From Podarcis vaucheri (Eukaryota): a DNA stretch of 64,000 nucleotides. Below are positions 36,001 to 46,450 of this stretch, piece by piece. The stretch lies in the NCBI GenBank assembly GCA_965113315.1, contig OZ220367.1; one strand, written 5' to 3'. Both the position numbers and the translations under genes were made by a program. Every line of letters starts with the position of its first letter. Position 1 is the first letter of the stretch. Below the pieces are notes generated by a model, which saw nothing but the letters and a program-made list of their open reading frames with translations, did not search any database and was not told where the DNA came from.

Positions 36001-39000
36001 TGAGGGGAGGGAACAACCCCAGGGGACAGGCACCGCCAACAGCAAGTTAAGCTGGTGTAACAGCTAGCTAAGCCCCCAGATCCTGCGCAGTGCTGCCTCA
36101 CTACCTACCTTCCCCCCTCTCTCCCTTCACCCTTTGCCAAACTCCCTAAGATGATGATGATGATGATGATAATAATTTTTTTATACCCGCCCGCCCAGCC
36201 AAGGCCGGGCTCAGGGCAGCTAACAAGCAATAATAAAAACAAGTTGAATGAATACAACTTAAAAACAAGATTAAAATACAACATTAAAATATTGAAACAT
36301 TAAAATATTAAAATGCAGCCTCATCACAGTGATGATGGAGTGAGCGAGCCTTTCTGGCCCAACACCTACCTTCTTGCTTCCCAGAGATCACTTCTGCCTG
36401 TGATTCTGAGAAGAGGAAATCAAATTCCAAGGGCACATCCCTCACCAGGTCCGCCAGGATGGCCGTCTGCTGCCTGCGAAGATCCACAAGCAGACAAACT
36501 GAGCAGCTCCCATTTCTTTCTACTGAAATATAATGAACCCCCCTCTCCAGTGCTCCTTTGCCGAATGGTCAAGATGTCTAAACAGCAGGCTCCACCTCAT
36601 TTCAAAAACCCGTCCTTTTGTCCCCCTGTGCAAGTCGCCCTTCTCACTTGGTCTCTTTCCAGCCATGAATCCGCAAACACTCACACAACTTCATAAGCAG
36701 GACTTAATTTTTAGCTCCACTTGGGGTGGCGATGACCCATTGCTCACTATCAAGTTAGGGAACCCTGTGTGGGAATGTTGTGGATAGTGGGAGAGGATAT
36801 ATTGATTAAATATTATCCTTCCTCAGTCACGTTAGTGAGCTAGTCTTCATCCCCATCGTTCAGCCCGGACACTGAGGTCCAGCGCCGAGGGCCTTCTGGC
36901 GGTTCCCTCACTGCAAGAAGTGAGGTTACAGGGAACCAGGAAGAGGGCCTTCTCAGTAGTGGTGCCCGCCCTGTGGAACACCTTGACACCTGAAGGCAGC
37001 CCTGTTTAGGGAAGTTTTTAATGTTTGAAGTTTTATTCTGTTTTTAATGTTCTGTTGAAAGCCACCCAGAGTGGGTGGGGAAACCCAGCCAGATGGGCGG
37101 GTAGAAATAATAAATTATTATTATTACTATTATTATTATTAGCAGAGCACATTCCCTTGCACATTGCTGGAAGCTAGTTGATGGATTTGTTAGAATCATT
37201 TGAATTGAGCAATCCAGTCTGGCTTGTCCAGATTGGATTGTTCCTGGTAAATTTCCCCTTTAGTTCCCTCTTAAAAACAATAATGACATGACAGTCTTCT
37301 TTTAAAAGTAATGATAAAGTTTACTTACATTCAGTTCACAGTATTGTCCTGAAGGCAGGCTTTATTTTGTAGTCACAGTTACAGTTGTAGAGAAAAGAAG
37401 TCTGAGCTAGGCCTCAGACTTTCTACCTTGTGGCTTCCATCCTCTGTAAGGAGGAGCCATGTGCTGCTGGCTAAGAGCCAGCAGGAGTCACAAAAGAGCA
37501 GCGAAAGAGGAAGATGGCTGCATGACTGGCCCTTTTATAGGGTCTGCTAGGGTCACACCCATCTACCTGGTCGCACACAGGGGGAGGATGCTCCAGAGCA
37601 GGTATGACAGGAAGTCCTCCCTGTTTGGAGCAACATTCCCCTGTGCGTCCACTCTAGGAAACAGGAAATGTTGCATTTGACTGATACAGTGAAGATACAC
37701 CCCACACCCTGTCCCTTTGCACTTCAGGATGCAACTCTACCTGTAGCTCCAAGAGGCCCAGCAGTTCCTGCTCCCCAGACCCAAGCCTACTCTGCTCAGG
37801 TCTTGGAAAAATATAGCTCACTCACCAGTCAGGCAGCAGCCTCATTCCTGCAGTACACAAAATGTAGAGGGGAGTCTCCTTGTGCTTTGTACTGGGCACA
37901 TAGGCAGCAGCAAAGCTGAGCAGCGGCCTGATGTAGTCACTAGCTTTGTCTGGAGTGGCTGCCAGAGTAGAGATCCCTGTACAATGAAAAGGGAATATTC
38001 CCTCAGCTGGCATCTCTACAGAACAACTGTGCCCACCTCCAGGTGCTTGGTGCTTGTGGGTTCACAGCCACCAACAAAAAAGGCATTTGGAAATCTCCAA
38101 ACCTGGCTTGATCTTCTTGACAACAGGCTGGCCGTTACGGTCTCGCATCTGCCGGATGTCCAGCAGGTCGTGCGGATTCCCATTGTGTGGTGGCCAAAAG
38201 TATACAAAGACCCGGGACCCACTGCTCCCGCAATCAATAACCACCCCGTAATTCAGAGATGGGTTATTTGTGTCCGTTGCCTCCAAGGTATGAAACCGTT
38301 CCAGGTACCTGCAAGGGGAATGAGGAAGATTTGGAGTTAAGAGTTAGAGACCAGACCAGTCTTCACACCACTAAAATAAAAATAAAAAGGCAGATCCAGC
38401 ATTCCATAGAACGCCTGCTCTGGTTTTTCAGAGGCTGTCTATTATTGCACAACAGCAATAATAGGAATTACAGGAACACAAAATGCCTATATCACTTCTC
38501 CATAAATGCTTCAAGCAATGCTGACCCAGCATGTGCATCCAGTCCCTGCGGAGGCTCTCGTTCCCCCTTCTAGAAACCAGATGAAAGTTATTGGAATCCT
38601 CCTAGGCACTGGATTCAGCTCCCCAGGAACCGGAGAACTGAAGCAGACATGCCAACGCACCCACTTTGTGCCATTTCATCGGTGCAATCAGAAAACAGGA
38701 CTGAGAGGCCACAGCATGTCCAGCCATTAAGAAGAAAGCTAACCAAATTAGTGGGTTTTGCAGATCCATTAGACAAAGAATTCATGCCACCACAGTTCTT
38801 ATTGATCCTGCTCCCCTTTCTTGTGCTGAAGGAAATTCTGGCTCAGTCAGCACAGCCTCTGCTACTTCCCTCACCCAGCAGCAGCAGCAGTAGTGGAACA
38901 AAGCAAGGGTTTGAAGAAGGCCATCCCACGGCCAACTGCCATAGGGCCAAATGTTCCAACATCCTGACCTTTGCAGAAGAGGGCATAGATTCCCTGGGCA

Positions 39001-39608
39001 CTCAGCTAGAGCAGCAGCTCTCACAAATGCCACGCACCACCCCAAGTATTCCAGTTGGATTTCCCCATGGACACAGGAGCCAAGAGATGCACAAATACAA
39101 TTGCATCTAATCCAAGAGGGAGGAGAAGCCAGACCTATCACAGACAGAAGGTCAGGTCACAAAAGTTAAGGCATAAGCTACTATATCAGTCTTTGTTTAC
39201 ATCTGTTAATCAGCATTCATGGAAGGAGGAAAGGGTGAAGGAAGAGGAGAAGCAGGAAGACCCAAGGCCTGCCATGTGGTAGGACTACCATGGATGAGGC
39301 AGTGCCTGGCCCTCTAAACTGTGTCAGGTGGGACAAGAAGTTTATCAAAGTCTGAGTTCTAGAGGAGCCATTGAATGTCACATTATTTGAGTACAGTAAC
39401 TGGTAGTCTGTCCCAACAAGAAAATTCTGTCCAGTCCACACCACATTGAAAAAATAAAAGCCATGCAGCTAAATGCTTCTTGTAGGATCAGCTCCGCTCT
39501 TGAAGGAAGAGGCACAAGCATTGGTCCCAGGTCCAGCAATGAACCTGCTGAAGGTAAGCTGGTGTGCATCTGATGAGTGGCTGGGGCAAACCAGCCAGAT
39601 GAGCAGGG

Positions 39609-39642
<34 letters not shown>

Positions 39643-42600
39643 GCCAGGATGGGCTCACCTGGGAATCCTATATATGCCACCTTGAGTTCCACAATGAAAG
39701 AAAAGTAGAATATACATTCCATAATTAATAAATATATTTACTGCAGGATGTAATGCAAATAAATGCTGGGTGTAACTGGATATTATGCAAACAAAAGCTG
39801 CAGCAGAATGCCCTTTTAAAATTAAAGGCAAGTTGCTACCTGCCATAAGGGAAGCTGAGAGAATGTATACAATGTGAATGTATAGTTTAGAGGAAATGTG
39901 AATTTAAAAGTAATTACCAATCTCTCCTTTGGTCTGAAAATGACTTGTTTAAGGTGGTTGTCAAATGCAAATAGCTGGCTTTTGCCAAAACATTTACCCT
40001 ACCTTTATCTTAATGGCCCATTTTAAAGTGATAACATCAACAAGTCTAGACTTGTTAATCTTATAAAGAACCGCAGCTGGAGAGACCCTCTTTAGCATAT
40101 CAAATAAAATTCTGGCTTCAGAGGAAGTACTGTCATTTTCCAGCAGACCATGAGAAGTCTGGTTCAGATTGGGGGATCCTAACTTAGAATCTTAAAACTA
40201 TCTCCTCATTTCTTAAGATACATCTGGGGGACAGGCAGTATTGCCTATGGAAAATCATCAGCTTTCATCCTTGACTTAAAGAACTGTTCTTTGTCATCTT
40301 AAGGACAGAAATGTAAATAATTACTTCCTAGTTTAGTAATTTTTAATTCTTAGTAATCTGCCCAGCATATTTAGCACCAATGAAGAACCAGTTAGTAATG
40401 TTAAGAAGTTTTGTTATATGTGTTTTTTTACCTTTTGTTTTCTTTATGAGTTGCTTGTTGTCTTTTATGCTTTCCTAAAGAAATGGGAGTGCCTGATCAC
40501 CTCATCTGTCTCCTGCGAAATCTCTATGTGGGACAAGAAGCTACAGTTAGAACTGGATATGGAACAACTGATTGGTTCCAAATTGGGAAAGGAGTACGGC
40601 AAGGCTGTATATTGTCTCCCTGCTTATTTAACTTATATGCAGAATTCATCATGCGAAAGGCTGGGCTGGATGAATCCCAAGCCGGAATTAAGATTGCCGG
40701 AAGAAATATCAACAACCTCAGATATGCAGATGACACAACCTTGATGGCAGAAAGTGAAGAGGAATTAAAGAACCTTTTAATGAGGGTGAAAGAGGAGAGC
40801 GCAAAATATGGTCTGAAGCTCAACATCAAAAAAACGAAGATCATGGCCACTGGGCCCATCACCTCCTGGCAAATAGATGGGGAAGAAATGGAGGCAGTGA
40901 GAGATTTTACTTTCTTGGGCTCCATGATCAGTGCAGATGGTGACAGCAGTCACGAAATTAAAAGACGCCTGCTCCTTGGGAGAAAGGCGATGGCAAACCT
41001 AGACAACATCTTAAAAAGCAGAGACATCACCTTGCCAACAAAGGTCCGTATAGTAAAAGCCATGGTTTTCCCAGTAGTGATGTATGGAAGTGAGAGCTGG
41101 ACCATAAAGAAGGCTGATCGCCGAAGAATTGATGCTTTTGAATTATGGTGCTGGAGGAGACTCTTGAGAGTCCCATGGACTGCAAGAAGATCAAACCTCT
41201 CCATTCTGAAGGAAATCAGCCCTGAGTGCTCACTGGAAGGACAGATCGTGAAGCTGAGGCTCCAATACTTTGGCCACCTCATGAGAAGAGAGGACTCCCT
41301 GGAAAAGACCCTGATGTTGGGAAAGATGGAGGGCACAAGGAGAAGGGGACGACAGAGAATGAGATGGTTGGATGGTGTTCTTGAAGCTACTAGCATGAGT
41401 TTGATCAAACTGCGGGAGGCAGTGGAGGACAGAAGTGCCTGGCGTGCTCTGGTCCATGGGGTCACGAAGAGTCGGACACGACTAAACGACTAAACAACAA
41501 CAACAACAACATCCCTCTGGTGTTATATCTATTGACAACTTCCTTTCTTTAGGAACAGCAGACTGGTGTTAATACTTCAAGTCACACATCTAGTCATTTT
41601 GAAATTTTACTCATCTTAAGAGGAGTGGGTATAGGGAAAAGTGAGGTGTCTGAAGTGGGAAGCCTCTTCTCCTCATGGCAGTTCCTTGTGCGATTTAGAA
41701 GTCTGCTAAATCAGGACTTCACACACAGAGAGAGAAAGAGAGAGAGAGAGAAAGCTCTGAACTTTGTACAGATGATGCTGTGGAGAGGGTTTGGCAGCAC
41801 AGTTCTCCAGCTTCTCCTCACATGTTTGCTTACATGTGAAGCCTGAATACCCAAACAGGGACTGTGTAAAAGAAAGTGGGCAAACCAGTTCAAGCAACTG
41901 CTTCTGTGCCAGATACCTCACACTTTCCAATTGCAGAACACCAACTGGCAGCAGAATTGCCAGTCCCTGTGCAAACATACTGAAGAGCATTATATGCGTG
42001 GGTTGGGAATCATTTAAGGGCAAAATTTGGGACTTCCCAGTAGTTAAACCTTGGGTTCTTATGTTGACACGCTGACAGTCCGTTCCCAAATTTCACTAAA
42101 TGAAGAAAGCCAACAGCAGCCCTGTGAAAGCACTGCCCAGCAGGACTAGCGCAGCATCTTCCTCCTTCCCCTCCAGCTTAAAAGGGTTTCAGCCTTTGTT
42201 GGTGGGAAAATGCAGCTGAACTCAGTCCACGTGGCTTCTTCCCATCACTCCCATTTTGCTGTTAGATGGGAACTGTGAAATATGCCCTGCCATTTCCTCT
42301 GCAGTTTTTTCCATCAAGCATCTCCTTTACTACTGCTATATTTGTGTTACACAAAAAATGCAGAAATATATGCCCAATTTTGCAATCCAAGACCAAGATC
42401 GTAGAAGAACAGAGAGGAAAGGAGGGGGATAGAAGGACTTTGTGTGCCACAGAAACTGCCGCCTTGTTTGGTGCCACTAACTCCCCCCTTCCCCCCAGTT
42501 TCTCCAGGAAACCAGATTCTACATTATGCATAGAATGTATAGCAGGGGTGAGGAACCTGTGTCCCCCCCCCCCAGGTGGTGTTGGGACTCCCAGCTCCTC

Positions 42601-44778
42601 TTAGTAACAGTGGCCATTGTCAATGGTCAGGAACAATGAGCCTTGTAGTCCAATAACATCTAGAGCAGGGGTAGCTACCCTTGGTTCTCCATACGTTGAT
42701 GAACTTCAGTTCCCATCATCCCCAGCTATTGGCCATGTTGGCTAGGCATGATGGGATTTGGGAGTCCAACAACACCCAAAGTACAGAATAATCTTAGCTT
42801 TGATTAAAGGGCACACAGTACTTTCTGACCCTGAAGACACCTAATATACACCATACAGCGTAGCACTTTCCTTTAGGGTTGGTTTCATTTCATGCATAAA
42901 CTAAATTGTTTTGCTAGACAATTGCTTCCTTAAACCCATTTCCTGCAGCTCTCCTCTATTTTAGAGCAGGAAAAAAATAATTATATCTGGCTTTATCTCA
43001 CAAAGATGTGCAAAAAAGGTATTTTGTGCTGCTGTACCTTACTTTAGAACATACTTTTTTCAGAAGTGTGTTGGCTGCCCTAGCTGTCTCAGAGCAGTAC
43101 TGTGCTGTATTCTTAACTAATCTCTCTATGTGTTTTATAGGGTACAAAGTGGCCTTTTTGCCTATATGAACAAGCCATTTCAGAAGCAATTAATTTAGAA
43201 TGCTTTGCTAAAGCTTAGCTAACTTGGAAATACAAGCAATGGAAGTTGACTGACTCCTTTGAAAGCATCTTTTTGCCTTATCTCAGCATGCTTCATGCCA
43301 GTGCCGTCACATTCACCCACCTTTCAGACTGCCAGTCCCGAGAACTAGTTTTCCAACGCCATAGATTTGTGATTCCCACAAGTAGAAAAATACTGGCTGC
43401 AAGTAAGAGGCCCAGCAGGCCCAGCCGCTGACGGAGACAAAGGCTCACTGAAGGCACTGTGAAGTGCCAAGATGCTGGACACAGGCAGGAAAAACTGATC
43501 CTGGAAGAAGGGGGAAATCAGATTAAACAGTTGTTAAATGTCTAGCAAAGCCTCATCAGTCAGCCACAGGTACTTGCCAACAAAATGATCTTAGAAATCC
43601 AAGTGCTAAAGCTTCCAATGTACACAGCTAAACCAGCATAGCCTACAGCTGGAAGTTTGGAACAGGAGGATCCTTCTTCCAAAGCAGCTGGGAATGTAAC
43701 AAGGAGTAGACGGGACCCATGTGAGTACTGAGTGCTGCAGTCTTAAAAGGACATTTTAATGGCATTGGCAACCTTGCATCTAAACAAGCCAATTGAGTCA
43801 GCTAGCAATAGCTTGCAATTAATCACCAACAATGCAAGCCTATGCATGTTCATTCAGAAGTACATCCTACTATATTCATTGGGCTTACTCCCCGGGATTG
43901 CAGCCATAATCATTAACACAGATTTGTGGTATGGCACGCATGATGTACATTGTACATTTTCAATCTTTCCTAACTTGCAGGTGAATCTCTGCTACTCTGT
44001 TCTTCGTTCCCACTTCCCCTTTCCCAACCATTCATTTGGGACTTGAATAATAATGGGGTTAAAGTGCTGGGAAACAATCACAGATACTCTGCAGAGACCA
44101 CGTGGAAACACTCAGGCTGCCCTTCTACCCTGCACGGATTAGCACCAAGCTGTGATCTTTGAACTTAAGTGGCTGCTAGCCAGGTTGGCTGTAACAGCAG
44201 AGCTTTTTAAGACATACCAGCCTCACAGAGGGAACAAGGGAAGAGGCCGACAGGGTCACTGTAACTAGGGTCAACCAGGGGCAGGGGAGCAGAAGAGAAG
44301 GGTAGATAACGCTGTGTGTATCCCAATCTCTGAGCGGCAAGAGAAGATCGCACCATGAGCACAAATCAAAAGGCAATGCCAAAGCTTTCAGGAAGAATCC
44401 CTGCAGCAAAGCTGTTCTAAATGCAAAACCCCTGTCCCAAAGCCATGCCAATCAACAAGCAATCTCGAACCCAGATCAGTGCTGGGCTATATCTGGTTTT
44501 CAGATCAAGAGATCTTTGTGGGATCCTTCCATTTCTTTGTTGGTCTCCCCCTGCGCTTGTGGGTCAGAGGTCTCAAACTCCAGCCCCTAAGGCTCCCACA
44601 GCACACCTGCTCTTCCAGCGGCATCAAGGTCGCCACCGCCCTGCCTAGCAGCCGGGAAGCGACCCACGCCCACGGGTACAACGACGACGAGGAGGAGGAG
44701 GAAGCCGGCAATGCCGGAAAGGAGACGCCGCGGGTAATCCGGAGGGGGACCCGCGATCCCATCGCCTCACCTGGCCAT
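33018..44778 (-). CDS. ENTPD7: Ectonucleoside triphosphate diphosphohydrolase 7 (LALP1), 12 coding exons, 607 aa
   Basis: Exons (minus): 44771-44778, 43321-43500, 38103-38308, 37826-37976, 36370-36473, 35854-35910, 35320-35468, 35051-35217, 34447-34771, 34280-34365, 33956-34117, 33018-33246 (1824 nt). Apyrase conserved regions DCGSSGSR, TAGMRLL, GKQEG, DMGGASLQ and WTLGA are present, with N- and C-terminal TM helices. Probable non-coding exon 1 ends at 45134 (GTAAGT donor). Confidence 0.96.
36850..37141 (+). mobile_element. L2-like LINE 3' fragment
   Basis: ORF2 C-terminal remnant (…RAFSVVVPALWN) followed by gccacccagag…gggcgggta and a (TTA)n tail. Confidence 0.7.
40473..41511 (+). mobile_element. 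5'-truncated RTE-BovB LINE in the ENTPD7 intron at 38309-43320 (antisense to the host gene)
   Basis: Uninterrupted 336-aa ORF 40483-41493 with RT motifs GVRQGCILSP and RYADD, the BovB C-terminus VHGVTKSRTRLND, and a (CAA)n tail. Confidence 0.95.
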
Positions 44779-46450
44779 GTGCTCGCCCCGCAGTCTGTCA
44801 GCTTCCAGTGCGGGTCCCGGGAGGAAGTAGCATCTCTTTCGGCTCCTCCAAGTTGCGGGATGATCCTGGACCCTGAAAAAGAAAGGAAGAGACGGAGCGG
44901 TTAAACCAGGGATCAGCGCCGACCACCTTCCCGCCTCTATCCCCTGAAAGGGCCACAAAATCGGTCCGTTAATTAATGGTCCGCATTTCATCCCATGCTG
45001 ACAGCAGCTTCACAGAGAGAGAGAGAGATGCGCCTCTGGCCGCAGAGGAGGCTCCTCCGCCCGGCAGTGCCGCGGTTCCCCTTCCACACGGGCAGCGCTC
45101 CTTTCCCCCCGCTTCCCCGGGGAGCCGACTTACCGCTTCCTTCGCCCCGCGCTCGCCGTCCGGCGCCACGACTTCGTCGGCCCTTTGCTCCAGCCACGTC
45201 CCCAGGGCGACCGGGCTGGGCGGCAGCCAATGGCAGAGCCCGGGTAAGGTTGACGCAACGGAACCGAGTCGGCCTGGGCTCCGCCTCCCGCGGCGGGCAG
45301 CCAACCAGCTGCGCTTTTCCGAAGGGCACGCCGTGCTGTCCAGGACGGGGCCGATACTCTCCTCAAGTGTCATTCAGTAATTTCCAACACGTCACAAGCT
45401 CTGAGCCAACCCGGCGAGGATCATTCGGGCGGGTTTTCGTTACGTCATGCGTATATTGCCCAATTCGTAGGCCCAAGGGTGGCTTTTCAACGTACACCTC
45501 CTTTTTTGTGTGGGCCTCGTCTTCGCCGGAACGCGCAGGCGCCCTGTTGCCCATTCGCAGCCCCCAGTCAACTCTCACACTGCATGTTTGGTCCACCAAT
45601 GTACAGGCATATTCTTCCCACGGCAACGTCATCACTAAAAGCAAGCCAACCAACATCCACAAACAAACCCCACGCACCACAGAAAACTGCGCAGCCTTAT
45701 TACAAGCCTGTCACTTTGAACGGCAGGCATCGTAGCCAATAATTTTCTCCTTTTCCTCACGTATCTCGAATAAAGCGGAAAAGTAGCCAATCGGGTGAGG
45801 AACGAACGAAAGGTCAAAGAGGTATTGCCCAATAGCCTCTCTGGATGGGCGGGAGACAGGACGGACGTTAGCCAATGGAAGCGAGCGTGAGTCGCAGCCT
45901 ACCAATGGACATTGGCTCGGGGCGGCGCGAAAACCGTCCGCGGCCAATGAGTGACATCCATGGGCGGGGCGGACAGAGCGGGAGCCGCAGGACCGAGTGT
46001 GCAGCCCGCAACGGACTCGACGGCGGTGCCATGGAGCTCGGGGCGGGCGGCGCGGCGGGGCCCGGGCAGCGCGGTGGGGCAGAGCCGGGCCGCCAGCTCC
46101 TCCTGCTGCTGGGCGGGGGCGACGGTGGAGGGGCGGGTTGGGCGTGGCCCGCGGGGGGTGGCGGGGCGGGAGGGACTGGCACGGACACGGAGGCCGGCCC
46201 GGAGCCGGACTACGAGGCCCTCCCGCGGGGCTCCGCCGCCTCCACCCACATGCTCGCAGGGGCTGTGGCGGGGGTGCTGGAGCACAGCCTCATGTACCCG
46301 GTGGACTGTGTCAAGGTGAGAACGGGCGCCGAGCTGCTCTCCGGGAGCAGGGCGGGTGCTGGCGGGGGGCGGGGGGCTGAGACGAGACGCGGGAGTCCCT
46401 GGGCAGGACCTGAGAGCGGTTAACCGGCACACGATCTTCATTAGTGTTGC
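44600..46450. promoter_or_regulatory. CpG-island bidirectional promoter of ENTPD7/SLC25A28
   Basis: ENTPD7 exon 1 (donor boundary 45134, minus) and SLC25A28 ATG (46031, plus) are under 1 kb apart. Multiple CCAAT boxes, CRE-like TTACGTCA 45440-45447, GC boxes. Confidence 0.85.

Noticed and set aside
38780-39140. Possible alternative first exon of ENTPD7 (MAFFKPLLCSTTAAAAG|gtgagg, phase-compatible with the next exon)
   Set aside because: No promoter features or homology, and it depends on a short CTG repeat; chance is a sufficient explanation.
40524-41465. Antisense ORFs of 133 and 171 aa
   Set aside because: Shadow frames of the BovB RT sequence.
45875-46030. In-frame N-terminal extension of SLC25A28 (ORF 45875-46423)
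   Set aside because: The upstream ATGs are parts of CCAATG promoter boxes, probably upstream of the TSS. The orthologous start MEL at 46031 has a strong Kozak context.
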